Assembly (NCBI GenBank): GCA_945874535.1
Contig: CAMCGZ010000010.1
Span: forward strand, 8,549 to 72,548
Reading direction: 5' to 3'
Length of the DNA stretch: 64,000 nt
Origin: Bdellovibrio sp. ZAP7
GTDB taxonomy: Bacteria > Bdellovibrionota > UBA1018 > CAIMNF01
Shown here: one piece after another, positions 52,208 to 64,000 of the stretch
How the letters are laid out: each line of letters starts with the position of its first letter
How positions within the stretch are numbered: position 1 is the first letter of the stretch
Notes under the pieces: model-generated
Told to the model about the DNA's origin: nothing
The model's database searches: none
What the model saw: only the letters and a program-made list of their open reading frames with translations
Program-made: the position numbers and the translations under genes

Positions 52208-52888
52208 ATGCCGAAGGAACGGGCGCAAAAAATCATCGCAGCGGCAGGACTGATGAGTCGGAGGCACGCAGAGGAAGCGATCCGTGCGGGGCGGGTGGCT
52301 TTGAATGGCGAGGTGTTCACCGATCTCGGAAGGGTCCTCGACCCGGACACGGATCATTTGACCCTCGACGGGGCACCGGTCAAGAAGCCGGAACGGAAGC
52401 GCCTGTTTTTGTTTCATAAGCCGAAGGGTGTGGTCACCACCAAAGACGATCCCGAGGGGCGTCCCACGGTGATGGATTTTTTCAGGGATCTTCCGGGTCT
52501 GAATCCGGTGGGGCGTCTGGACTTCGATTCCGAAGGCCTGCTTCTCATGACCGACGACGGGGATTTGCTCCTCAAGCTGACTCATCCTCGATACGGAGTT
52601 CGTAAGGTTTACGAAGTCGACGTGGAGGGGAAGGGGCCTCGTGATTTTAGAAAGCGCTTGCTCGAGTCGGTCGAACTTTCCGATGGTCCGGGCAAGTTCG
52701 ATGAACTGGAAGTGGTCCTTCCCGGCACCCGTTACCGGGTCACGGTGAGCGAGGGCCGGAATCGCTTTGTCAGACGCATGTTCGGTGCTCTGGGATTGTC
52801 GGTGGTGCGACTCATCCGGATCCGGATGGGAGATTACGAGCTCGGAGCCCTCAAGCCGGGTGAAAGGCGCGAGGTGGAGTCCACTTGA
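52208..52888 (+). CDS. RsuA/RluB-family pseudouridine synthase with an N-terminal S4 domain
   Basis: S4-like N-terminus (RAQKIIAAAGLMSRRHAEEAIRAGRVALNGE) and the catalytic GRLDFDSEGLLLMTDDG motif. Confidence 0.8.
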   Translation: MPKERAQKIIAAAGLMSRRHAEEAIRAGRVALNGEVFTDLGRVLDPDTDHLTLDGAPVKKPERKRLFLFHKPKGVVTTKDDPEGRPTVMDFFRDLPGLNPVGRLDFDSEGLLLMTDDGDLLLKLTHPRYGVRKVYEVDVEGKGPRDFRKRLLESVELSDGPGKFDELEVVLPGTRYRVTVSEGRNRFVRRMFGALGLSVVRLIRIRMGDYELGALKPGERREVEST

Positions 52889-53571
52889 GTCTGAACGCGA
52901 TTGAGAAGCGGATCATCGCCTGTGAGGGTTGTCCGCGACTGCGAGATCATTGCCGGGAAGTAGCGCGGGTGAAACGACGCCAATTCCTGGATCAGGACTA
53001 TTGGGGAAAACCCGTGCCCGGTTTTGGCGATTCAGAAGCCCGCTTGCTGATCGTGGGACTGGCACCAGCCGCTCATGGCGCCAATCGGACGGGTCGGATG
53101 TTCACTGGGGATCAATCCGGGCTTTGGCTTTACCGGGCGATTCACAAGGCTGGATTCTCGAATCGGCCCGTGAGTGAGGGGCGGGGGGACCGACTCCAGC
53201 TCAGGGACTGTTTCATCACCACCGCTGCCCGTTGCGCTCCCCCCGGGAACAAACCCCTCCCTGCAGAGTTGGAGCGTTGTGGAGCTTACCTGGCTGAAGA
53301 ATTGCTCGAACTGAAGCGGGTCCGGGTGTTCTTGGTGCTGGGGAAGATCGCCCTTCACGCCCTTTGGCGTCAGTTACCGGCGGAAATCAGGCCGACCCGG
53401 ACTCTTCCTGCTTTTGCCCACGGAACTGAAATCCCCTTAAAAGACGGACGGGTGATAGTCTGCTCCTACCACCCGAGTCAGCAAAACACCTTTACCGGAA
53501 AGCTCACCGAGCCCATGTTCGATCGGGTGTTTGAAGTGTCACGGAAACGCCTCGTGTCGGGCGATTTTTGA
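52885..53571 (+). CDS. Uracil-DNA glycosylase superfamily protein, family 5 (UdgB-like)
   Basis: CEGCPRL Fe-S Cys, motif A GLAPAAHGANRTGRMFTGD (GLAPA, not the GEAPG of family 4), and motif B YHPSQQN. It overlaps the upstream stop by 4 nt. Confidence 0.78.
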   Translation: MSLNAIEKRIIACEGCPRLRDHCREVARVKRRQFLDQDYWGKPVPGFGDSEARLLIVGLAPAAHGANRTGRMFTGDQSGLWLYRAIHKAGFSNRPVSEGRGDRLQLRDCFITTAARCAPPGNKPLPAELERCGAYLAEELLELKRVRVFLVLGKIALHALWRQLPAEIRPTRTLPAFAHGTEIPLKDGRVIVCSYHPSQQNTFTGKLTEPMFDRVFEVSRKRLVSGDF

Positions 53572-53605
53572 CTCAACTTTTTTCCGTTTTTGCCGATCAG
53601 GTACC

Positions 53606-54058
53606 ATGGCTTCCAGGCTCCGTAAGCACACCACAGGCATCACCGTGTTTCTCGGTTTGACCGCCTTTTCCTGTTCGCTTCCGTTTTTCGGAAAAAACGA
53701 GGGAGGGCATGCCGAGCGAGGCTCTTCACTGCCGGCCCGCCTGACTGGTGTCCTCGAGCTGAACCCCGGCTGTGGTGTTGGTTACTATCAAATCCGCCTC
53801 GTCGGGTTGAATGACGAATCTCAGAACCAGGTCGAATCGCAGTCCGATCAGAATGGAAGATTCTCAATCGTAGCCCCTTCGGGTTCCTACCAGATCCATG
53901 TTGCCAAAGGGGAATGCGGGGTCAAACAGACCATTCACCTGGAAGGCAATACAGAACACATGATTTCCTTGCCGGTTGCCGGGACCCAAGCTCTCGAGAA
54001 GGCTGAAAACAGCCCGGGCCGACTCCCTGCGTCGGTTTTGATCGAACCGAAACGCTAA
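53606..54058 (+). CDS. Putative secreted/lipoprotein with a carboxypeptidase-regulatory-like (PEGA/CarbopepD_reg-type) beta-sandwich
   Basis: Signal MASRLRKHTTGITVFLGLTAFSCS, and the motif NGRFSIVAPSGSYQIHV typical of these beta-sandwich domains. Confidence 0.4.
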   Translation: MASRLRKHTTGITVFLGLTAFSCSLPFFGKNEGGHAERGSSLPARLTGVLELNPGCGVGYYQIRLVGLNDESQNQVESQSDQNGRFSIVAPSGSYQIHVAKGECGVKQTIHLEGNTEHMISLPVAGTQALEKAENSPGRLPASVLIEPKR

Positions 54059-54130
54059 GGCAATCATTTCCCATTCAGGGGGGCCCGCTCTTTCCCGAAG
54101 AGCAGTCATCACCTGAGGAGGGATGAGGGA

Positions 54131-54391
54131 ATGAGCAAGGCAAACGAGATTTTCGAGGAAATCGAGCTTTCCAACGACACTTCCACAGCGGAGACCGGTC
54201 AGGCTTCGGCCTTGAAGCCGGGAATCGGATCCCTCGACCAAACCATCAGGCATTTTTCACACTGCCAAATCTGCGGTGGCCGGATGCACTTCAATTATGT
54301 CAGTGATTTCAGTCGGAACACCACGCAGGAAAAGGCGATTTGCCCCGAGTGCGGCCTCGATACCCGCGAAGTTTTGCATCGTCTCCAGTAA
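54131..54391 (+). CDS. Small hypothetical zinc-ribbon protein
   Basis: 86 aa with CQICGG...(27 aa)...CPECG forming a four-Cys zinc-ribbon arrangement. Confidence 0.4.
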   Translation: MSKANEIFEEIELSNDTSTAETGQASALKPGIGSLDQTIRHFSHCQICGGRMHFNYVSDFSRNTTQEKAICPECGLDTREVLHRLQ

Positions 54392-54409
54392 TGCGGTAGC
54401 CTCCGGGAC

Positions 54410-54817
54410 GTGAGTTCCCGTCTGACTTCTTTGCTTCCGGAATCCTCTTTCGTCATGGCCCGCAAATCCGCGGACCGAGTTCTCATTCTCGGCTTCGGAG
54501 TCCATGGGGGTCCGAGCGGGGAACTGCTTTCCAAGATGGTGGCCTCTCTCCAGGCGCCTCCCGGTAAAGTCACTCTTGAGGAGGCGGGAAATGATTTCGA
54601 TCCGTCCCGCTGGTTCGGGTTCGGCATCTGGGTGGTTTTGGGTGAGGAGTTCGCCTCCCGCCACGGCTGGAAACGCGGTGGTCTTCAGGACTGGAACGGA
54701 GTCCGGGTGATCGTCACCGAATCCCTCGAGGACTTGCTCCAGCGCCCGGCACTCAAGCGCTCAGCCTGGGAGGATTTGAAGCTCGTGATGCACGAAATGG
54801 GCTGGAAAAACCCTTGA
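54410..54817 (+). CDS. Hypothetical protein
   Basis: 135-aa ORF, possibly starting at the internal M (MARKSADRVLILGFGVHGG). No recognisable domain. Confidence 0.35.
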   Translation: MSSRLTSLLPESSFVMARKSADRVLILGFGVHGGPSGELLSKMVASLQAPPGKVTLEEAGNDFDPSRWFGFGIWVVLGEEFASRHGWKRGGLQDWNGVRVIVTESLEDLLQRPALKRSAWEDLKLVMHEMGWKNP

Positions 54818-54883
54818 TATTTTCGGATTTTCCTCTAAAACGGATGGATCGAAAAACCGTCCGGAAACCGAGGAGAAGCCGCC

Positions 54884-55858
54884 ATGTCGAAAACCGTCAC
54901 TCAATTCATGGAACACCACTACCGCCACTTCAATGCAGCGGCAATGATGGATGCTGCCAAGGCCTACAAGACGCACCTCGAAGACGGTAACAAAATGATG
55001 GTCACCCTCGCCGGTGCAATGAGCACGGCCGAGCTCGGTCTTTCCTTGGCCGAGATGATCCGCCAAGACAAAGTCCATGCGATCTCCTGCACCGGAGCGA
55101 ACCTTGAAGAAGACATCTACAATCTGGTCGCTCACGAGCACTATGTCCGGATCCCCAACTACCGTGATTTGACTCCCGAGCAGGAGAATGACCTCCTGAA
55201 ACGCTCGCTCAACCGCGTGACCGACACCTGCATTCCAGAAGAAGAAGCCATGAGAAAAATCTGGCGGATCATGGAAGAAGAGTGGACCGAAGCCGAGGCT
55301 AAGGGTGAGCGTTGCTTCCCGCATGAGTTCTTCTTCCGTGCGCTCCTGAAGGGCAAGTTCAAGCAGCATTACCAGATCGACCCAAAGAACAGCTGGATGC
55401 TCGCTGCAGCCGAGAAGAACATTCCGATCATCGTTCCGGGCTGGGAAGATTCCACTCTCGGGAATATGTTCGCCGCCTATTGCATCGAAAAGCGCGTGAA
55501 GAACGTGCATACCGTCCGTACCGGGATTGAATACATGATGAGCCTGGCTGACTGGTACATGGAGAACACCTCCGGCAAGAGCACGGTCGGTTTCTTCCAG
55601 ATCGGTGGCGGGATCGCAGGCGACTTCCCGATTTGTGTGGTGCCGATGCTCGAGAAAGATCTGAATCGCAGTCCGAAGCTGTGGAGCTACTTCTGCCAGA
55701 TCAGCGATTCGACCACGTCATACGGATCTTACTCCGGCGCGGTACCGAATGAGAAGATCACCTGGGCGAAGCTCGGCGTCGATACCCCGAAGTTCATCGT
55801 CGAGTCCGATGCCACCATTGTGGCACCGCTGATGTTCGCCTACATCCTCGGCTGGTAA
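54884..55858 (+). CDS. Deoxyhypusine synthase-like (DHS family, NAD-binding) protein
   Basis: 324 aa with DHS-family motifs (VTLAGAMSTAELG, ISCTGANLEEDIYN, FQIGGGIAGDF). The DHS Lys region is represented by ...DSTTSYGSYSGA.... Confidence 0.72.
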   Translation: MSKTVTQFMEHHYRHFNAAAMMDAAKAYKTHLEDGNKMMVTLAGAMSTAELGLSLAEMIRQDKVHAISCTGANLEEDIYNLVAHEHYVRIPNYRDLTPEQENDLLKRSLNRVTDTCIPEEEAMRKIWRIMEEEWTEAEAKGERCFPHEFFFRALLKGKFKQHYQIDPKNSWMLAAAEKNIPIIVPGWEDSTLGNMFAAYCIEKRVKNVHTVRTGIEYMMSLADWYMENTSGKSTVGFFQIGGGIAGDFPICVVPMLEKDLNRSPKLWSYFCQISDSTTSYGSYSGAVPNEKITWAKLGVDTPKFIVESDATIVAPLMFAYILGW

Positions 55859-55864
55859 TTCAAA

Positions 55865-56290
55865 TCACAGTTTGATCTGCCCGGACTCACCGAGAGTCCG
55901 GGCGGTTTCACAGATTTTCTCGCGGGCCAGGATCACGTCCGATTGTTTCTGAGGCCCCATGAGTTGCATTTCCTCGAGCAGCGCACCCGCCTGTCTTTCG
56001 GTCATTTTCGAGAACACGGTTTTCTTCGATGCCTCGTCGAGGCCCCTCAGTGAGAGTGCGATCAGGTTTTGCGGGCAGGAACGAAGCACTTTTTGCAAAT
56101 CAGCCGCATCGAGTGCGATCACCCGATCGAAGCTGACCAGGCCTTTTTTGAGTTTGTCTGCGAGTCCGGGGTCCTTCTGACGGATTTCTCCGAGGATCCG
56201 GTTCCGCATGGAGGGGTCGAGTCCGGCGAGGAGTTCGGAAGCCATTTTCGCTCCGTTGATCTGTATGGGTTCGTCTTTTTTCTTGGTCAT
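55865..56290 (-). CDS. Stand-alone FliG C-terminal-domain-like protein
   Basis: 141 aa. The segment FDRVIALDAADLQKVLRSCPQNLIALSLRGLDEASKKTVFSKMTERQAGALLEEMQLMGPQKQSDVILAREKICETARTLGESGQI follows the FliG_C armadillo-like pattern (…DLALAL.G..EEL…ERAA..L.E..E.LGPVRL.DVE.AQ..I...R.L...GEI). Confidence 0.5.
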   Translation of the reverse strand: MTKKKDEPIQINGAKMASELLAGLDPSMRNRILGEIRQKDPGLADKLKKGLVSFDRVIALDAADLQKVLRSCPQNLIALSLRGLDEASKKTVFSKMTERQAGALLEEMQLMGPQKQSDVILAREKICETARTLGESGQIKL

Positions 56291-56301
56291 GGAACAGAGC
56301 C

Positions 56302-57699
56302 TCAGAGGGTTTTCAGGTATTCGACGATTTCGTCTTTTTCCAGCGGATCCAGGTCGATGAATTTCTCATGGCCACGGTTCGACTGTCCGTGAAGTCGGGT
56401 GTCGTAGATCGAGCGATCGGGTGCGTTCGACGTCGCCACATCGACCCGGGTCAGTCCCATTCGTACGGGGTCGAACCGGTACCGTTCTCCGGCGTCTTTG
56501 AGCGAAAACCGGACTGGTCGATCCGAGGCTTTTTCGAGAAGGTCCCGGAGGGTCGGAACCGAACCGTTATGTAGGTAGGGGAATCGGGCCCAGATGGCAT
56601 GGAGTCGCGGGGCGATGTATTTCCGTTGGCCTGCTTCCTCGGAAAGCTGGATCAGGTCCTGAAGCGGACTGCGGAGGACCCGGGTGAGAAAATCCGGAGT
56701 GACATAGTCGAGGCGGTCCGGATCGGTGCCGACTTTCTCGAGCGGGATGAACTTGGGTACCTCGTATACGGGTTTACCATCGGGCTGAAAGGTGTAAGAG
56801 CCATGGCACTTGGCACAGGTCCGATCGAAAATCGCTTTTCCCCGGTCCGCCCGGGGCCGATCGATGGAAAAAGGATAGGGAGGAGGGGTGAGGGCGCTGA
56901 TGAGTGAAACAGCCCGTTCGACCTTGCCGAAATAAGCACGGACCTGGTCCGGGGTCTGGCCTGAAGTGATCTCGACACCGATGATCCAGCCCGGGGGATG
57001 GCCCCGACCGATGCCATCCGCAAACTGGCCTGCCTCCAGCTTCTTTTCAAAACCGAACCAAGAGGGAACCTTTACGGCTCCGATGTGGCCATGATCGGGG
57101 ACCTGGGCTTGATCCATTTCATAAAACCAGCTTCCGACCAGCGAAACCGGGACCAATCCTTGAGTCAGTGCGCTCATTCGGGGATCGGCCAGTTTTTCCA
57201 TGAGCCGGATCGATCGGTCTTCGAGCCCGCTCCAAGTTTTTGATTTCTTCAAAAGATGGGTTCGAACCAATGCGTCGGTCAAAGTCTTGAAACGCTTCTC
57301 GATTCGCACTCCATCGATCCCGATCCTGCCCGGGTCGATGTTCTTGTTTCCGATCCCCACGATGTGCTGGCCGGCGGCTTTGCCGCTGTGGCAGGCGACG
57401 CAACCCAGGACTCCGACATGAAGGCTCTTGTACTTCACGGTCTTGATCCCGATGATTTCGCCCTGATGTTCCTGGAGGCCCCAACGACGGGTCAGGGTCC
57501 GAAGCAGGCTCTCGTCGGCCCGGGTTCCGCCGATCACATCCCGGAGTTGATCGAGTTTGTTGAGGATCCCCGGAGAAAGATGCATGCCCCGTCCGCCCTC
57601 GAAAAAATCGAGCTGCATGAGCTCGCGGGCCTCGCGCGAGGGCTCAGTCGCAATCGCGGGAACCTGGAGAAAACAAAGGGTCCACAAAAGAAAAATCAC
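56302..57699 (-). CDS. Di-heme c-type cytochrome (CCP/MauG-like or DUF1111-like), secreted
   Basis: Signal peptide and two CxxCH motifs (CVACHSGK at about residue 100; CAKCHGSY at about residue 300). Length is 465 aa. Confidence 0.6.
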   Translation of the reverse strand: MIFLLWTLCFLQVPAIATEPSREARELMQLDFFEGGRGMHLSPGILNKLDQLRDVIGGTRADESLLRTLTRRWGLQEHQGEIIGIKTVKYKSLHVGVLGCVACHSGKAAGQHIVGIGNKNIDPGRIGIDGVRIEKRFKTLTDALVRTHLLKKSKTWSGLEDRSIRLMEKLADPRMSALTQGLVPVSLVGSWFYEMDQAQVPDHGHIGAVKVPSWFGFEKKLEAGQFADGIGRGHPPGWIIGVEITSGQTPDQVRAYFGKVERAVSLISALTPPPYPFSIDRPRADRGKAIFDRTCAKCHGSYTFQPDGKPVYEVPKFIPLEKVGTDPDRLDYVTPDFLTRVLRSPLQDLIQLSEEAGQRKYIAPRLHAIWARFPYLHNGSVPTLRDLLEKASDRPVRFSLKDAGERYRFDPVRMGLTRVDVATSNAPDRSIYDTRLHGQSNRGHEKFIDLDPLEKDEIVEYLKTL

Positions 57700-57751
57700 G
57701 GGGTCACCCTAACATGGCCCCGTGATTCATGGAATCGTTGCGTTAAAAAAA

Positions 57752-58249
57752 TCAATTCTGTTTGCGATACCGCTTGCAGGTCGCTTGCTCGTCGAGGAGT
57801 TCGCCGTTCCGCTTCTGATAAAAGAGGGCAGCCGGGATCTCGTCCACCGAGTTCGCGATCAGGGTTCCGGTGTGGGAGTAAGAGAATTTGATTTTCAGGA
57901 TGATGGTCTTGAGCTGGCCGAGTTTGGTGCCAGCCACATTCTCACCCTGGCGTCCGCTATCGAGATACCGGAGGTCGACTTGAGCCTGGTATTGACCCCG
58001 TCCCAGGTACTTCAAGGTCTGATTCTGGTCGGAGAAAACGGCGATGGTTTTATGTTCGCTTTGGACCATCGGGTTCGACAGGACCAGAACCGCCGGAGTG
58101 CGGGTGCCGTAGGCCGGATCGGTGTGATTGTAGAGTTTAACCTGGAGTCCGGAATTCTTGCCTTCACAAAGGAATCCGTCAGCCAGAGCGAAAGGGGTGG
58201 AGAGGATCAGGGTCGCAAGACTCAGAAGAACAGTTTTCATGCGTTGCAA
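57752..58249 (-). CDS. Hypothetical secreted protein
   Basis: Signal peptide MQRMKTVLLSLATLILSTPFALA. 165 aa. Divergent from the LysR gene. Confidence 0.4.
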   Translation of the reverse strand: MQRMKTVLLSLATLILSTPFALADGFLCEGKNSGLQVKLYNHTDPAYGTRTPAVLVLSNPMVQSEHKTIAVFSDQNQTLKYLGRGQYQAQVDLRYLDSGRQGENVAGTKLGQLKTIILKIKFSYSHTGTLIANSVDEIPAALFYQKRNGELLDEQATCKRYRKQN

Positions 58250-58312
58250 TGTAACAGAATGTCACGATTTTGACATTAAAATATTTTATGGTTTAATATA
58301 AAATTAACAAAT

Positions 58313-59197
58313 ATGAAGAACGCTCTCGATATCGGTGAACTGTCTCGGACCCTGCCCTCGGTGGAGTCCCTTCTGGCCTTGCTTGCTTTTGAGAGGGAGG
58401 GCGACATGGTTCGAGCGGCGCGTTCACTCGGATTGACCCAGCCCGCTCTTTCATTCCAGCTGAAAAAGCTCGAAGACAGCGTGGGGTTCGCTCTATTTTC
58501 ATTCACAGGGAAGCGGAAGGTTCTGACCAAGGTGGGGCAGGCCTATGTCGAAGAGCTGAAGTCCTCCGTGCTCGGACTCCATCTCCTGCACCAGAAATTC
58601 TCGAAAGCAGCCACCGATCTCGACCACCAGAAGTTGCGAATCGCAGGTCGAAGGGAACTCTTCATTCCCTTTCTGCCCTTTCCGTTCCCGGGGCAGGTGG
58701 AACTCATCCAGACCAGCAGTGCGGAAGCCCTGCGGTCTCTCCGGGAACACCGGGTGGACCTGGCTGTTTCGGCTCAGATCATCGATTCCGGTGATCTCGT
58801 GGCCAAACTGTTTTTCGAATCCGGCTTCAAGTTGATCACACCCCGCAAGTGGAAGACCGATCCCTCGGATGCCGAAGCGCTTCACCATCGACCCGTGGTG
58901 GTGTACGGGAACCACCACGCCTACCTCGATGAGTACTTGTCCTGGAAAGGGTGGAAGTTCGGGGATCTGCAAGTCGCCAGGATTGTCGAGGACTGGTTCA
59001 GTGTGGTGGAATTGGTGCGCTACGGATTCGGGTGGGCCATCATCCCCGAGGGGTGGGAGCCTCACACGCAGGATGTGATGGTGCAGGATCTCGGAGTGCA
59101 ATCGATTCCGAAGCAAAAGATCTTCCTCTTCCACCGCAGGGAGGACCGGAAGTCTCCCTGGGTGGAGAGTCTGGATCGTTGGCTTTCGAATCGTTAG
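58313..59197 (+). CDS. LysR-family transcriptional regulator
   Basis: N-terminal HTH (LLALLAFEREGDMVRAARSLGLTQPALSFQLKKLEDSVGFALF) and a C-terminal substrate-binding fold. Length is 294 aa. Confidence 0.85.
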   Translation: MKNALDIGELSRTLPSVESLLALLAFEREGDMVRAARSLGLTQPALSFQLKKLEDSVGFALFSFTGKRKVLTKVGQAYVEELKSSVLGLHLLHQKFSKAATDLDHQKLRIAGRRELFIPFLPFPFPGQVELIQTSSAEALRSLREHRVDLAVSAQIIDSGDLVAKLFFESGFKLITPRKWKTDPSDAEALHHRPVVVYGNHHAYLDEYLSWKGWKFGDLQVARIVEDWFSVVELVRYGFGWAIIPEGWEPHTQDVMVQDLGVQSIPKQKIFLFHRREDRKSPWVESLDRWLSNR

Positions 59198-59199
59198 AG

Positions 59200-62518
<3,319 letters not shown>

Positions 62519-62579
62519 AACGGAAGCTTCCTTTCGATTTCCATTTCACAAAATGCCAGAATTTTGCGTTAATGAGATT

Positions 62580-63284
62580 ATGGCATTTGAACCCACCCTG
62601 AGCGCAATCGGTTTTTCTGAGGTGATCAAGACACTCGGGCCGAAATTGATTGTCGCCCTTTTTTGCGGCGGGTTGATCGGTTTGGAGCGTGAGCTCAAAA
62701 ACAAGTCAGCAGGCATCAAGACAAACATGCTGATTTGTGTCGGCTCGATGTTATTCACTGCGTTGTCAGTTATGCTGGCCTTTGACGGGGCGGGTGAAAA
62801 CTACCGGCCGGGAGATCCCGGGCGGATTGGTGCACAAATTGTCTCAGGGATCGGCTTTTTGGGTGGGGGAGCGATCCTTCAATCCAAGGGGAATGTGGTC
62901 GGTCTGACCACTGCTGCCAGTATCTGGCTCGTGGCTGCGGTCGGGATGTGGATTGGTGTCGGCCAACTCGAGTTGGCGCTCTTTGTCACGGTCCTGATGG
63001 TTCTGGTTCTGGTTTCGGTGAACCTGTTCGAGAATCGTTTTCTGGAACGTCGCCGTTTGTTCAAAATCACGCTCCATTTGCGCGAGAAAACTGACGACGT
63101 CACCCGGGCCGCCCTGGAGGGTTTGCTCAGTAACAACGAACTCTCTCTTGAAGATTACCGGGAGAACATGAGTGACCTCCAACCGGAGGTCCGTCTGACC
63201 TACCTGGGGCGGAATCGCGATCACTCGCGCTTGCTTCTCGATCTCTGGAAGATTCCCGGCATTCTCGATGTGAAGCAGAGTTGA
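62580..63284 (+). CDS. mgtC: MgtC/SapB-family membrane protein
   Basis: LIVALFCGGLIGLERELKNKSAGIKTNMLICVGSMLF matches the MgtC N-terminal consensus. The ATG at 62580 was chosen because the annotated upstream extension from 62142 is antisense to fadB. An alternative ATG lies at 62553. Confidence 0.75.
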   Translation: MAFEPTLSAIGFSEVIKTLGPKLIVALFCGGLIGLERELKNKSAGIKTNMLICVGSMLFTALSVMLAFDGAGENYRPGDPGRIGAQIVSGIGFLGGGAILQSKGNVVGLTTAASIWLVAAVGMWIGVGQLELALFVTVLMVLVLVSVNLFENRFLERRRLFKITLHLREKTDDVTRAALEGLLSNNELSLEDYRENMSDLQPEVRLTYLGRNRDHSRLLLDLWKIPGILDVKQS

Positions 63285-63403
63285 GACAGGTTTCGTCAAT
63301 AACGTGGCGCTTTGTCTCATTCGGTCATTCAGGAAAATCTGTTTGATTTCCTTGCCTTAGTGATCTGCTCTTCGGTATCCTGTTTCTATCAAGGAGAAGG
63401 TGG

Positions 63404-63685
63404 ATGACCAAGGCAGATCTGATCAATATCGTGGCTCAGAAAGTGAACCTCCAGAACCGTCAGGCAGAGACTGTGGTGAACCTCGTGTTCGACATGATGG
63501 CCGAGACTCTGAAGAAGGACGACCGCATTGAGATTCGCGGGTTCGGTTCTTTTGTGAATCGCGTTTACGGGGCTTATGAAGGCCGTAATCCGAAAACAGG
63601 CGAGCTCGTGAAGGTGGAACCCAAGCGTGTTCCGTTCTTCAAGGTGGGCAAAGAACTGAAAGAAATGGTCGATCGTAAAAGATAA
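63404..63685 (+). CDS. Integration host factor beta-like / HU-family DNA-binding protein
   Basis: 93 aa. ERIEIRGFGSF and GRNPKTGELV...PFFKVGKEL align with IHF-beta/HU arm motifs. An AGGAGAAGG RBS lies upstream. Confidence 0.8.
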   Translation: MTKADLINIVAQKVNLQNRQAETVVNLVFDMMAETLKKDDRIEIRGFGSFVNRVYGAYEGRNPKTGELVKVEPKRVPFFKVGKELKEMVDRKR

Positions 63686-63698
63686 GATCGGGAAATCC

Positions 63699-64000
63699 AT
63701 GCGAAAAAAAATTTGGAGTGGAATCGGGCTCTTGCTCGTTTCGTTTTGGGTGGAGCATGCCCCTGCGTTTGCTGCTTCATCGGACGATTACAATTTCAGT
63801 TGGCTTGATCCGGAGAAGAAAATCTACGTCCTGCAAAACCGGCGTTACCGTAAGGCCGGTTCCGCACAGGTTTACGGGATGGGCGGAATGTCGCTCGGGG
63901 ATACGTACCGTACGGTGCTCCAGGTCCAACCGAGACTGGCTTGGTGGATCAATGAGGATATGGGCCTAGAGGTGTTTTATTCCCATCGGATGCACAATCC
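63699..64000 (+). CDS. Hypothetical secreted protein, 3' end beyond the window
   Basis: ATG at 63699, then signal peptide MRKKIWSGIGLLLVSFWVEHAPAFA, and an open frame to the window end. Confidence 0.35.
   Translation, partial: MRKKIWSGIGLLLVSFWVEHAPAFAASSDDYNFSWLDPEKKIYVLQNRRYRKAGSAQVYGMGGMSLGDTYRTVLQVQPRLAWWINEDMGLEVFYSHRMHN

Overview
This is a 64-kb, high-GC (about 55-60%) chromosomal segment with very dense coding on both strands. I recognised no mobile elements, CRISPR arrays, rRNA or tRNA genes. Gene content points to an aerobic Gram-negative bacterium with proteobacterial or Bdellovibrio-like content, but I do not assert a lineage. Gene blocks, left to right: (1) an aerobic respiratory locus carrying Alternative Complex III genes actB (5'-truncated by the window edge), actC, actD, actE and actF, a divergent ctaB (heme O synthase), then sco1 and a caa3-like oxidase operon coxB-coxA-coxC plus a subunit-IV-like protein fused to cytochrome c. 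(2) gpmA, feoAB, an orphan PEP-utilising-enzyme protein and a KamA-family lysine 2,3-aminomutase. (3) A signalling cluster: lipoprotein, Hanks-type Ser/Thr kinase with PEGA repeats, orphan OmpR regulator, STAS-domain protein, FadL-like outer-membrane barrel and a receiver-PP2C phosphatase. (4) mscS, dapF, secA, an M23 peptidase, a PP2C phosphatase and murI. (5) prkA-yeaH-spoVR next to ppk1. (6) nrdJ, fabH, rluA-family, fabI and cysE. (7) A PAP2 phosphatase, a peroxiredoxin, a tiny lysine-rich poly-Thr protein, an rsuA/rluB-family pseudouridine synthase and a family-5 uracil-DNA glycosylase. (8) A deoxyhypusine-synthase-like protein, a FliG-C-like protein, a di-heme cytochrome, a LysR regulator, fadBA, mgtC and an IHF-beta-like gene. 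I found no defence island or obviously novel multi-gene system. The most second-look-worthy items are a non-canonical partner-switching-like module (STAS protein plus receiver-PP2C, no RsbW-type kinase), a secreted protein with a papain-like Cys/His/Asp signature, a subunit IV-cytochrome c fusion in the oxidase, and the lysine-rich poly-Thr mini-protein. The many long antisense ORFs are GC-driven artefacts.
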